This document shows, one piece after another, positions 1-8,909 of a stretch of DNA of 32,000 nt. Every line of letters begins with the position of its first letter. The stretch's first letter is position 1. This stretch comes from Promethearchaeota archaeon (GTDB taxonomy: Archaea > Asgardarchaeota > Hermodarchaeia > Hermodarchaeales > Hermodarchaeaceae): positions 55,978-87,977 of the forward strand of contig JBHLMI010000007.1 of NCBI GenBank assembly GCA_048938295.1, given 5' to 3'. A program made the position numbers and the translations under genes. The notes below the pieces were generated by a model. That model was not told the DNA's origin. It saw only the letters and a program-made list of their open reading frames with translations, and did no database searches.

Positions 1-5
1 AGGAT

Positions 6-2387
6 ATGCAGCTAAAAGAGAAGCGCTGGAAACCAGAAATCGAGGAAGAAATCCTCAAGTTATGGATCAAGGACCAACTCTACGCCTTCAATAAAGATAC
101 AAAAAAACCTGTTTTCTCCGTTGACACCCCACCGCCATATCTTAGCGGGCCATTGCATGTAGGCGGCTCCATTCACTATGCACAAATCGACATGATTGCC
201 CGCACCAAGCGCATGGAAGGATTTGACGTCATTTTTCCTATGGGATTAGATCGGAATGGATTACCAATTGAAGTTCAAGTGGAAAAAGCGCACAAAAAAA
301 GTATGCATGAAATTCCACGGCAACAATTCCTTGAGTTTTGTGCCGAGTTTTTAGATCGTAATGAAGCACTCGTTGTTGCACACGCTCAACGCTTGGGCCT
401 TAGCTGTAATTCCTTCAAACATGATGAAATGTATCGCACTGATAGTCCGGATTATCGGGCAGTGACTCAACGCACCTTCATCGAATTGTATAATAAAGGC
501 CTTATCTACATCGACGACCGCCCCAATAATTGGTGTCCCGAATGCGGAACCACCATTGCGGATGCGGAAGTCGAATACAAGGATCTGGAAACCACTCTCT
601 CAACCCTTAAGTTCACCATCGAAGGCACAGAAGAGGAATTACCCATTGCTACAACCCGACCCGAACTCCTCTCAGCCTGTGCGGCCGTTCTAATTAATCC
701 TGACGACGACCGATACAAACACCTTCATGGAAAAACTGCAGTTACTCCATTGTACAACAAGAGTGTTCCCATCATCCCCCACCATGAAGCTCATATCGAA
801 TTTGGCACAGGGGTTGTCATGGTCTGCAGTTATGGCGATTACACCGACGTCCGCCTTTTCCGAGAATTACAGTTAGAACCGATTAACGCCCTTGACCCAG
901 ATGGCAAACTCACTGAAGTTACTGGTCCATACAAAGGTCTCACGGTCACAGAAGCCCGGAAGGCCATCCGCAAAGACTTGAAAGCCAAAAACCTTATCCT
1001 GAAAGAAGAAGCCACAATGCATCGCACACCCACGTGCTGGCGGAGTCGGAACCCCATCGAGTTTGTTGCAATGCCCGAGTATTATCTGAAACAACTCCAA
1101 TACATCGATGATCTCCGAGTCGCTGTTGACCAAATGCTTTTCTACCCTCCCAAGAACAAGCAGATATTAGTGGACTGGATTAACAGCGTCAGCCATGACT
1201 GGCCAATCAGCCGGCGCCGTTACTATGGGACCGAAGTTCCCCTTTGGTACTGCAAAAAATGTAACGAAACAATAGTCCCACCCCCCGGATCTTACTACCA
1301 ACCATGGAAAGATTCACCACCTGTCGATATATGCCCTAAATGTGAAGGTACTGGTCCGTTTGAGGGTGAAACCCGAACACTAGACACCTGGATGGATTCT
1401 TCCATAAGTGGCCTAATCACCATCTTCTATACTAAGGACAACAAATTCTTTCAGACACACTTCCCACCCAGTATCCGCCCACAGGGTAAGGATATAGTTC
1501 GCACATGGCTCTATTACTCCATCCTGCGCACCTACCAACTCTTCCAAGCCCCTGCCTTCAAATACGTCTGGATTAGTGGCCACGGCCTCGACGAGAAGGG
1601 CGAAGCCATGAGCAAATCACGTGGCAACACCATCGACCCAAACCCAATTATCAAGAAATACGGTGCCGATGCGTTCCGCCTCTGGGGAGCACTTGAAACT
1701 TCTCTTGGCTCAGACTACCGCTTCAATGAAGGTCGTCTCACTGGTGCCCACAGATTCCTTACTAAACTTTGGAACATCTCCCGTTTCATCTCTGGATTCC
1801 CCCAACCTAGAGAAAAAACCATTAATTACCAACCAGCCGACAAATGGATTCTCTCCGAACTAAACCAGCTTATCCAAAAAGCGAGAGCAGGATATAACAA
1901 ACTAGATTTCATCATTCCTTCCCGTGAGTTGCGCGCATTCACTTGGGACCTCTTCGCTAGCCACTATCTTGAACTCGTAAAAGGTCGTGCTTATTCAGAA
2001 CAGGATAAAGCAGGCAGTTCCGCAGCCTGGCATACGCTTCACACCGTCCTTAAAACCATCCTGAAACTCCTAGCCCCTATCTGCCCCTTCATTACAGATA
2101 AGATTCACCGCGAACTCTATGACCCCAAGACTTCTATTCACAAATACCAATTCCCAGAACCTATCAGAAATATCACAAATGACCACCCAACAGAAGCGCT
2201 TACTCAATTCAATGCTGAAATCTGGAAACATAAAAAAGACAATAAGATAAGCCTTCGAGAAGCGCTTCCAACAGTTATAGCACCCAAAAATCTCCAACCT
2301 TATGCTGAAGACCTCAAACGCATGCATAACATCCAAACCCTGAAGTTCCACACAAAGGATAACACAAAAATACCTCCGCCCAAATAA
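6..2387 (+). CDS. valS: Valyl-tRNA synthetase (archaeal type)
   Basis: 793 aa; PPPYLSGPLHVG (HIGH), AMSKSRGN (KMSKS), TTRPELL, EFGTGVVM, DTWMDSS class I motifs. Confidence 0.95.
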   Translation: MQLKEKRWKPEIEEEILKLWIKDQLYAFNKDTKKPVFSVDTPPPYLSGPLHVGGSIHYAQIDMIARTKRMEGFDVIFPMGLDRNGLPIEVQVEKAHKKSMHEIPRQQFLEFCAEFLDRNEALVVAHAQRLGLSCNSFKHDEMYRTDSPDYRAVTQRTFIELYNKGLIYIDDRPNNWCPECGTTIADAEVEYKDLETTLSTLKFTIEGTEEELPIATTRPELLSACAAVLINPDDDRYKHLHGKTAVTPLYNKSVPIIPHHEAHIEFGTGVVMVCSYGDYTDVRLFRELQLEPINALDPDGKLTEVTGPYKGLTVTEARKAIRKDLKAKNLILKEEATMHRTPTCWRSRNPIEFVAMPEYYLKQLQYIDDLRVAVDQMLFYPPKNKQILVDWINSVSHDWPISRRRYYGTEVPLWYCKKCNETIVPPPGSYYQPWKDSPPVDICPKCEGTGPFEGETRTLDTWMDSSISGLITIFYTKDNKFFQTHFPPSIRPQGKDIVRTWLYYSILRTYQLFQAPAFKYVWISGHGLDEKGEAMSKSRGNTIDPNPIIKKYGADAFRLWGALETSLGSDYRFNEGRLTGAHRFLTKLWNISRFISGFPQPREKTINYQPADKWILSELNQLIQKARAGYNKLDFIIPSRELRAFTWDLFASHYLELVKGRAYSEQDKAGSSAAWHTLHTVLKTILKLLAPICPFITDKIHRELYDPKTSIHKYQFPEPIRNITNDHPTEALTQFNAEIWKHKKDNKISLREALPTVIAPKNLQPYAEDLKRMHNIQTLKFHTKDNTKIPPPK

Positions 2388-2401
2388 CCCCGCCACTCAG
2401 T

Positions 2402-2476
2402 GGGGTGATAGATCAATGGTAGATCGCGTGCCTCGCACGCACGAGGTTCCGGGTTCAAGTCCCGGTCACTCCACCA
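2402..2476 (+). tRNA. tRNA-Ala(CGC), CCA encoded
   Basis: Full cloverleaf: GGGGTGA/TCACTCC acceptor with G3:U70 Ala identity pair, anticodon loop CTCGCAC, T-loop TTCAAGT, 3' ACCA. Confidence 0.95.
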
Positions 2477-2553
2477 ATTATGTCCAGCTCTGATTGACTG
2501 ACAAAAATCATATAAGCAACGAACCCCCACGCCCAACACCGTACAATTTCCGT

Positions 2554-2659
2554 GGCTCAGTGGCCTAGAAGTTACCTCCTTGTGGGTATCTGGGCAGACT
2601 GGTGGGGCACCTGACTGATAATCAGGTGGTCGCGGGTTCAAATCCCGTCTGAGCCACCA
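2554..2659 (+). tRNA. tRNA-Ile(GAT) with a 29-nt non-canonical D-loop intron (2569-2597, position 15/16)
   Basis: GGCTCAG/CTGAGCC acceptor, CCTGA-CTGATAA-TCAGG anticodon arm, TTCAAAT T-loop, ACCA. Removing 2569-2597 gives a normal 77-nt tRNA; junctions form AGA bulge / GCCT:GGGC helix / AGA bulge. Confidence 0.9.
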
Positions 2660-3222
2660 TTTCCTTTTTCTAATTCATTCTTCAAGATCCTTGAATCATT
2701 GGATTCAGAGAAGATGCGTGTTTGAAGGTATTCACTGAGTACTGTTAATGCGTAGCTGGCTAGACGAGAGTTTTCGCATTCTGGGTTCCTATACCTTTGA
2801 AGTTGTGCCGCGTTAAGAATCCGATTTAAGGTGATGAAAACGTCGCGTGAATCATTTACAAGAAGCGAGATACGATCTTCGGGTACATCGATTTGCTCCT
2901 TTAAAGAAATGCGCCCTCTGCGGCCTTCATCAACAAATAGAATCAAAAAAAGAATTGCTGCAGTAGCTGTAATAGTGTACCGCATTGGAACAGACAAGAA
3001 AGAAGGTGGAACATAGTTAACCGTGATTAAGATAAGTAGCTCTGACCCAGCAAAGCTAATCGCAACTATGGCTAAACCAAGAAGGGAGAATATTGCACGA
3101 ATACGACGGCGAGCATATTTGTCTTTTATTATGGTATCAATGAATAGGAATTCACCAATGAGTGGATAAAGCAGGAAGAGTAGCGTTGCTCGCATTCCAG
3201 AAACTGGCTTAGGTTGGTCCAT
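2638..3222 (-). CDS. Hypothetical membrane protein (about 3 N-terminal TM segments); last codons overlap the tRNA-Ile 3' end antisense
   Basis: 194-aa ORF with hydrophobic helices followed by a soluble C-terminal domain; no family recognised. Confidence 0.6.
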   Translation of the reverse strand: MDQPKPVSGMRATLLFLLYPLIGEFLFIDTIIKDKYARRRIRAIFSLLGLAIVAISFAGSELLILITVNYVPPSFLSVPMRYTITATAAILFLILFVDEGRRGRISLKEQIDVPEDRISLLVNDSRDVFITLNRILNAAQLQRYRNPECENSRLASYALTVLSEYLQTRIFSESNDSRILKNELEKGNGGSDGI

Positions 3223-3330
3223 AAACTAATCCCGTTCTCACCACTTGGCTATCGTAAAGGATACGATAGTAAAGAATATATAGCGTTCGTATGGTCTATT
3301 TCAAAACCACTCGCATGCTTTGGTGAATAG

Positions 3331-3756
3331 ATGTCAGATCTTTGGTGGCCAAAATTTGTCCGTAAACCACGGTTAAAACTCCGTCGACCGAGGTTTGGTG
3401 AAATTCGTCTACCCTCAAAGTGGATACTATTTGCTGTCGTGTTAGTAGTCTACTATTTTGTTGTAAGTGGAGGAATGTTTGTTCTCTCCTATGAAACACC
3501 TCCTTTCATTACGATATCAGGCAGAGCAATTCCATATTACCCCGGACTAAACCGCCAAGTTTTGATAGAAGGAATCGTCGGTGGCGCACTTTTCTTTCTT
3601 GGATTTGTAGGCTTCTACTTAATTTACCAAAGCACACGGAACATTTACCGACCACGATATGCACAGATGATGCTGGCAATCGGAATAGTAACTATCCTAA
3701 TATCCTTCTTTGGTTGTCAGTGGCTTATCGCGGCGAAGTTAGCGTTATTAGGATAA
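3331..3756 (+). CDS. OST3/OST6-family (OSTC/DC2-like) oligosaccharyltransferase subunit, a eukaryotic signature protein
   Basis: PRLKLRRP, LPS, YYFVVSGG, ETPP, NRQVLIEG, LFFLGFVGF, IGIVTILISFF, AKL line up with eukaryotic OSTC motifs as recalled (PNLKLKKP, MPS, SYFLITGG, EPP, NGQYIMEG, LFTMGGLGF, IGFVCVLLSFF, MKL); 3 TM segments, similar length. Confidence 0.85.
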   Translation: MSDLWWPKFVRKPRLKLRRPRFGEIRLPSKWILFAVVLVVYYFVVSGGMFVLSYETPPFITISGRAIPYYPGLNRQVLIEGIVGGALFFLGFVGFYLIYQSTRNIYRPRYAQMMLAIGIVTILISFFGCQWLIAAKLALLG

Positions 3757-3803
3757 ATCCAAGAAAAGCTAGATTGCAATTTAGGTACCTAATCAGTTTT
3801 GAT

Positions 3804-4379
3804 TTACCATGGTTCCTGTTTCAGCCCAATGAGATAGCCGATGATATTTGCCGCCAGATGTATAATCGGGGTTAGAATCACCATGAAGATGGCAAGAACC
3901 CAATGAATTGGCGTTATGAGAGCACCCAAAAGCATTGCCCCTATAAGAAAATCAAGCTGATCAAGTAGGGGGGCAGGTCGCCCTCGAGCAATCATAAATC
4001 GCCGTTTAATAAATGAGCCTACGAGATCACCTACAAGAGCACCGAGTGCCACCAGGATTACAAGTGGCAGAGTAATCAATACGATAGGAACAAGTTCTGG
4101 AGGAAGATATACGTACTGTACAATAATGGAGAGAAGAATTGGAGCGGTCACGATTTGGAGTAGGCCAATTAGCACACCTGCTACAAATCCAACAATAAAA
4201 CCTTCCCATGTCTTTCCGGGACCGAAGACTGGTTGACCGTCTTCAAGAATCCTACCTCCATCAATCGTGTGACGTGGTCTGATGAATTTACCAAATACTG
4301 CGAAGCCATTTGCCACATAAGTGGGAAGAAAATACCAAAAGCCGAGAAGAAGTAGAATTGGGTGAAACATCGCAGTCAC
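3804..4379 (-). CDS. carS: CDP-archaeol synthase (DUF46 family)
   Basis: PTYVANG, IDGG, FGPGKTWEG, GDLVGSFIKRR, APLLDQLDF motifs; polytopic membrane protein. Confidence 0.9.
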   Translation of the reverse strand: MTAMFHPILLLLGFWYFLPTYVANGFAVFGKFIRPRHTIDGGRILEDGQPVFGPGKTWEGFIVGFVAGVLIGLLQIVTAPILLSIIVQYVYLPPELVPIVLITLPLVILVALGALVGDLVGSFIKRRFMIARGRPAPLLDQLDFLIGAMLLGALITPIHWVLAIFMVILTPIIHLAANIIGYLIGLKQEPW

Positions 4380-4382
4380 TTT

Positions 4383-5063
4383 TCATGCTGATCTAAATCC
4401 GGATGACTGTAGGTTCATCATCAAGATTATTGGTTCACGGATTTTCTCTTTGATTAACTTAAATTCTCTGTAACCCTTCGACTCCGCCCGAGTTATTTGC
4501 AGAATATAGGTGCTCCAATATGATGTAACTGATTCAGCAACTGGTAAAAAATGGTTTCTGTCTTCAATGTCCCCACGAACCTGGTTTATCATGATTACTG
4601 AAAACCCTGATGAGCGAGCAGCACTAACGATCAGACCTAATTGTTGATTCAATTTGCGATTCAATATCACATTATTCGTTCCGTATTCTTTACGGTAGTG
4701 AGATACAATTGTGTCAAACACTAACAGCTTGGTATCAGAAGTGAGTATTGAATCAAGTTGAGAAACAAAGTTTGCTTGTTCTATGAAATTAGTGGGTGAC
4801 ACTATGGAAATTAACGGGGAAATCGAATCGAAGTCAGTAGGAGTCATCTGTTTTAATCGAAGAATCGGAAACTTTCCCTCTGAATTGACATAGATTACTC
4901 TGTTTCCCTTTCGAGCAACATTTATCGAAAATTGTAGGGCTAACGTAGTTTTTCCTACGCCACCAGGTCCAAAAACTTGAAGAACCTCGCCTTCATTAAG
5001 CCCGCCTCCTAAGACTTCATCCAAAGATATTGCACCCGATTGGAGTGGCTTAATTGTAGACAT
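4383..5063 (-). CDS. radB: DNA repair and recombination protein RadB (RecA family)
   Basis: LDEVLGGGL, Walker A GPGGVGKT, YVNSE, LLVFD, INQVR; short 226 aa with no RadA N-terminal domain. Confidence 0.85.
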   Translation of the reverse strand: MSTIKPLQSGAISLDEVLGGGLNEGEVLQVFGPGGVGKTTLALQFSINVARKGNRVIYVNSEGKFPILRLKQMTPTDFDSISPLISIVSPTNFIEQANFVSQLDSILTSDTKLLVFDTIVSHYRKEYGTNNVILNRKLNQQLGLIVSAARSSGFSVIMINQVRGDIEDRNHFLPVAESVTSYWSTYILQITRAESKGYREFKLIKEKIREPIILMMNLQSSGFRSA

Positions 5064-5080
5064 GCCCGAGACACCAGAGA

Positions 5081-5116
5081 TTCATTAAATTCAATGAATT
5101 TGTTATTTTTAATGAA
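5081..5116. repeat. 9-bp iteron array 1 (TTCATTAAA TTCAATGAA TTTGTTATT TTTAATGAA)
   Basis: Period-9 copies of palindromic TTCAWTGAA in the xpd-radB gap. Confidence 0.7.
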
Positions 5117-5128
5117 GTAGAAGAGGAT

Positions 5129-7126
5129 TCATGTAACTGAATAGAAGTTCTTTAGGTGAGTATAAAGTACTCCTTCAGCGTCATTTGAGCCCCTTAAGTG
5201 TTCGTTTATCCATTTGGGGAGCAAACGTTTGCAAGCTGGCGTAGCATAACGGTCATCTAAAAATACAATCGCACCCCTGTCCTCAAGTGTGCGAACTGAA
5301 CGCCCTGCTGCCTGAGACGCGGTTCGCAGAGCAGGCAGTTGGTACCCATATAACCGACCCTTCTGAGGAAATTGGCTTTCAAGGTACGCGATTCGAGTCG
5401 CCTCCTTTGGAGTAGGCTTTGCGTAAGGAACCCCAACAATCACTACCGTCTCCATCTCATTCCCCGGATAATCCTCCCCCTCACTGTTCCTCCCGCCAAG
5501 GACCCCAATAAGCATGGCACCGTCATGAGCTTTGCGTTTAAACTTCTGAATTAAGGAATCGTTTTCGCTCGAAGACAACTTCGGTTTCTCAATGAATAGT
5601 TCCCGATTAGATACCTCATCTAAACCAGCATCAAGAAGAGATTGTAGTACCGAGTATGATGGAACAAAAACACCAACGTTATGGGGTGTAGCCTGGCAAA
5701 CCTCTAGAACTCGGCGATTAATTTTTTTGTACATTTGAGGCGTTCTGTATTTCATGGCCGTTGTGACTCCAAGACTGATTATTGGGAAAATTTGGTTCTG
5801 AGTAAAAGGAAAAGGTAAATTGAGAACCACCGTTTTTTTCGGTAAACCAACAAGATCAATATGGGCACTTGTTGGCTCCAAGGTCCCCGATAAATGAACC
5901 GAAGAATAGCAAGATTTCAGAATCGAAGTAGTTGCTATACGCGGGTCTAATGCAACTACTTCAAGATATGTAGGCGTATGATTTGGTTTATTTTGGATAA
6001 TGAAGAAGGCTGCATCTTTTCTTTTAAGAAAGAAACACCAGTTTATGAAGAACTGAGCCAGGGAATGGATGTAGCTTATCGGTGGTTTTCCTTCGTTTAG
6101 TAATTGGTTAAGCACCTTACTACCCAATTGTAACAAAGTTTCAACAAAGTTATTGAAATCATTAATTTTAAGAACTTGACATAATCGTGAAGTTAACTCA
6201 ACTGGGTCAAATCGAACCTCCCGTTCTGAATAGCCATCTATCAATTGTTGAATGAAATGTTCCAAGGTGAGTACGAAATGTTTGATTGATGAAAGGCCAT
6301 AGCGATTCGCTTCTTTCACTGACTGCTTTATTGATGTCAACGAAAGGCGTGCAGATGCTAAATCGACGGCAATCCGAGGTAGATTGTGGGCTTCATCTAA
6401 AATGAGGATTGTGTGAGACAATGGATGACCAAAAGCCTCAAAGAACAGGGTATTTATATGCGGATCAAAGATCTGAAAATAAGTGGTAGCCACAACAGTT
6501 ACCAAAGGCAGCAGGCATTTTGAAAGCTCATAAGGGCACACCTTATCAGACTCACACTTTTTCCGAAACTCCAAACCTGTGAGAGGTGTTTGATAATAGT
6601 TGCTAAAATAATCCCGCTCTCTTTTCTTCCTTTTTACGAGATTTTGATAATACTCACAGCGTCCCGCACGTTTCAATTGACTGCAAATGAACATGGCAAG
6701 TTGAGCACTTTCAGCATATTTGCGAACTATTGGATTCAGGCATGTGGATGCGCGTCCTCGTAATACCACTCCATTGAAGCCAGTCGATTCGGAGATTAGT
6801 CGTAATTCTTGCATCACCCGATCTAATTGTTTGTGAGTTCTGGCAACATAGACTATCCCAAAACTCTTCCTCTTAAGGAGTGACAAGACCCCCGATAAGG
6901 CAGCGATAGTTTTCCCAAAACCATTAGCAGCCTCAACGCACATATGTTTCCCAGCCCCGACATCATCATGAATTGCTTGAATTAATGATAGTTGACCAGG
7001 CCTTGGAGAAGTATAGGGAAAATAGCGTTGGGTATGGTTTGAACACATTTTGCGTGTCCTCATCATTTGATAAAGCTTAGAGAATAAAAACTTCGTTTTG
7101 GTTTCATGCTTCAGAATAGAATTCAT
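5129..7126 (-). CDS. xpd: XPD/Rad3-type Fe-S 5'-3' DNA helicase
   Basis: Q-motif PRPGQ, EAANGFGKT, Fe-S cysteines, DEAHNL, SGTL, GVLGGRNSEGED, QAAGRSVR. Confidence 0.92.
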   Translation of the reverse strand: MNSILKHETKTKFLFSKLYQMMRTRKMCSNHTQRYFPYTSPRPGQLSLIQAIHDDVGAGKHMCVEAANGFGKTIAALSGVLSLLKRKSFGIVYVARTHKQLDRVMQELRLISESTGFNGVVLRGRASTCLNPIVRKYAESAQLAMFICSQLKRAGRCEYYQNLVKRKKRERDYFSNYYQTPLTGLEFRKKCESDKVCPYELSKCLLPLVTVVATTYFQIFDPHINTLFFEAFGHPLSHTILILDEAHNLPRIAVDLASARLSLTSIKQSVKEANRYGLSSIKHFVLTLEHFIQQLIDGYSEREVRFDPVELTSRLCQVLKINDFNNFVETLLQLGSKVLNQLLNEGKPPISYIHSLAQFFINWCFFLKRKDAAFFIIQNKPNHTPTYLEVVALDPRIATTSILKSCYSSVHLSGTLEPTSAHIDLVGLPKKTVVLNLPFPFTQNQIFPIISLGVTTAMKYRTPQMYKKINRRVLEVCQATPHNVGVFVPSYSVLQSLLDAGLDEVSNRELFIEKPKLSSSENDSLIQKFKRKAHDGAMLIGVLGGRNSEGEDYPGNEMETVVIVGVPYAKPTPKEATRIAYLESQFPQKGRLYGYQLPALRTASQAAGRSVRTLEDRGAIVFLDDRYATPACKRLLPKWINEHLRGSNDAEGVLYTHLKNFYSVT

Positions 7127-7148
7127 TGATTACAATGAGATTATTGAG
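7122..7148. repeat. 9-bp iteron array 2 (TTCATTGAT TACAATGAG ATTATTGAG)
   Basis: Period-9 copies overlapping the xpd start in the divergent promoter region. Confidence 0.65.
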
Positions 7149-7191
7149 TATATTGATATCCAAGAGCGTGGAAAGTGTTTAAAGTACCAAC

Positions 7192-7761
7192 GTGTTTTTA
7201 AGTATCGATTCGAGACGTATACAATATTGTATCCATGGGGGTAAGGATTTGTCTCAAAGAAACGAAGTCAAGGAAACGCGTTCTTGGGCGCGTAGAATGC
7301 TACAGGATCCAATAACAGTATTGTTGGCTAAAAAAAGCCACCTGTCCCAAGTGCAGCTAGAAACTCTAGTGCTTGATTATCTTCTCGACGGTTTCAGTGG
7401 AAAGCGCATTGACTATCAAACCAAAGCAGCTCTGAGAGATAAAAAAGATAAAATGCAAAAACAGGCAGGTGTTAGTAGAGGAGCTTTCAACCGTTCGCTC
7501 GCTCAGGCACGTCAGAATGTTACGAAATCTGTTTTTACCGTGGTACTGTTAGGCTATCTTGGGCTATTTGAATCACCTTCTCTGATGCGTTATCAAGACT
7601 TGGCAGAGGACATTCGAAGTTATGCGCGCGAATACGACATTGTCGCTACAAAAGACGAAAAGCCAACCCCCACCCACCTAGGCACCCTCAAACAGAGCCA
7701 AAATCGCATTCTAGAGCTCATTGAGGCCCTTGCCCAACCATTGGCACTTAAACCCGACTGA
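7192..7761 (+). CDS. Conserved archaeal hypothetical protein with a putative HTH (true start possibly TTG at 7249)
   Basis: DPITVLLAKKSHLSQVQLETL and GVSRGAFNRSLAQARQNV resemble an uncharacterised TACK/Asgard family with an HTH_10-like recognition helix (from memory, not searched). Confidence 0.75.
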   Translation: MFLSIDSRRIQYCIHGGKDLSQRNEVKETRSWARRMLQDPITVLLAKKSHLSQVQLETLVLDYLLDGFSGKRIDYQTKAALRDKKDKMQKQAGVSRGAFNRSLAQARQNVTKSVFTVVLLGYLGLFESPSLMRYQDLAEDIRSYAREYDIVATKDEKPTPTHLGTLKQSQNRILELIEALAQPLALKPD

Positions 7762-7763
7762 GT

Positions 7764-7787
7764 AATTTCAATGAACTCATTGAAATT
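7764..7787. repeat. 9-bp iteron array 3 (TTCAATGAA CTCATTGAA), a perfect 11-bp inverted repeat
   Basis: AATTTCAATGA-AC-TCATTGAAATT in a convergent intergenic gap. Confidence 0.8.
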
Positions 7788-7810
7788 CCATAATTACGGT
7801 ATTAAGGCAG

Positions 7811-8383
7811 TCAGGACACAAAAGTCAAAATTTCTTTTCCTTTTGTCGTGAGTGTGAGAGTCCCTTGGGATTCGCTGAGTAACTTTTTAGATGTAAGGTA
7901 GTCAATGGCTTGGTCGATAAACCCAGTATCAAACCCGACATCAAGTAGAGAGGAATCTTGGATGGTTCCTCCCATATTTTGAACCTGCAATAGTATGGAA
8001 TAATACCCGAGGGCGCCAATTAGGTTAGTAGCAAGCCCAGCCTCTTCTTCCAATTTTTTTGGCCAAAGATGGATTGGCAGCCACCCAATGAAGCTATAAA
8101 CCACTACTTCTTCAAAGGCATGGAGTAAGTTGAGAACGGCATCCTCAGTTCCAGGTTGAATGGCGATCACACTTTTCCCAAGCTTCACGTATGGTATCTG
8201 GTCTAGCACCCCGGGATAGTGGTACGTTCGAGTTACAATTTCTCCATCTTTCAGTTCCTGTTTGATTTGCTGAGTATACCCATACAACTCTCGAAAGAAC
8301 CGTGTTTTTCGAGCTTGGCTCGATCCCTTAGGCTGCTTGAAATCAAAAGAGATCACATATACTCGTCGTACATCATGCGACAT
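7811..8383 (-). CDS. Cas2/VapD-like ferredoxin-fold domain fused to a C-terminal winged helix
   Basis: VYVISFDF resembles the Cas2/VapD beta1 ending in Asp; KLGKSVI resembles the Cas2 RVQxSVF strand; C-terminal IDQAIDYLTSKKLL...TLTLTTKGKEIL is wHTH-like. Confidence 0.6.
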   Translation of the reverse strand: MSHDVRRVYVISFDFKQPKGSSQARKTRFFRELYGYTQQIKQELKDGEIVTRTYHYPGVLDQIPYVKLGKSVIAIQPGTEDAVLNLLHAFEEVVVYSFIGWLPIHLWPKKLEEEAGLATNLIGALGYYSILLQVQNMGGTIQDSSLLDVGFDTGFIDQAIDYLTSKKLLSESQGTLTLTTKGKEILTFVS

Positions 8384-8480
8384 CCGTTAGACCCACCCGA
8401 AATGCCAAATGAAGATTCTATATCCGAGCGGACCTTATAATTTATATCGACTGCTATCGACTGATAGTGATTTGAAGAAT

Positions 8481-8516
8481 AATATTAATTTCATTGATTT
8501 TAATGAAATTAATAAT
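8481..8516. repeat. 9-bp iteron array 4 (AATATTAAT TTCATTGAT TTTAATGAA ATTAATAAT), with a perfect 13-bp inverted repeat
   Basis: TATTAATTTCATT-GATTTT-AATGAAATTAATA (8483-8514), just downstream of the RHH gene. Confidence 0.8.
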
Positions 8517-8529
8517 TTCACGAGTAAGA

Positions 8530-8898
8530 TTATCCTTCTCGTTGTAATTCATTGTATACTTCAGGAAAATCAGACTTCAGCTTTTCCTCAAGAGCTTCAG
8601 CAATGAACCTAGATTTCCCACCAAAGCCTGCATATTGTCCCTGTCCTGATTTCGTAGCCGCTAACGATACGAAATCTAAAGCCGCTTTAATCCAAGCGGG
8701 TACACTGGCACTGATAGTTCGACGCCCCTCATACTCGCTTTCGATACGCAATCTCTTCAACCCCGAATCTCCAACCCGTGCCGACAGTTCTTCGAGTTCA
8801 ATTTCCCGAGTTTCTGCTGACTGGGTTTTTTTCGGTGGTTTGGGTTTTGATTCTTTTTCCTTTTTCATCCGTTCTCTAATGAGATCAGTAGCTGACAT
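8530..8898 (-). CDS. Ribbon-helix-helix DNA-binding protein with a Lys/Pro-rich flexible N-tail (ParG/SegB-like architecture)
   Basis: RRTISASVP (beta strand), AWIKAALDFVS (helix 1), GKSRFIAEALEEKL (helix 2); N-terminal MKKEKESKPKPPKK tail. Confidence 0.7.
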   Translation of the reverse strand: MSATDLIRERMKKEKESKPKPPKKTQSAETREIELEELSARVGDSGLKRLRIESEYEGRRTISASVPAWIKAALDFVSLAATKSGQGQYAGFGGKSRFIAEALEEKLKSDFPEVYNELQREG

Positions 8899-8909
8899 TT
8901 ACACTCACC

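Noticed and set aside
1722-1730. Single TTCAATGAA copies in coding regions (1722 in valS; 31493 in paralog 3)
   Set aside because: Isolated, not in period-9 arrays, and explained by codons
2402-2659. rRNA operon spacer (tRNA-Ala plus tRNA-Ile)
   Set aside because: No 16S/23S sequence flanks them, and the Ala anticodon is CGC rather than the spacer-type TGC
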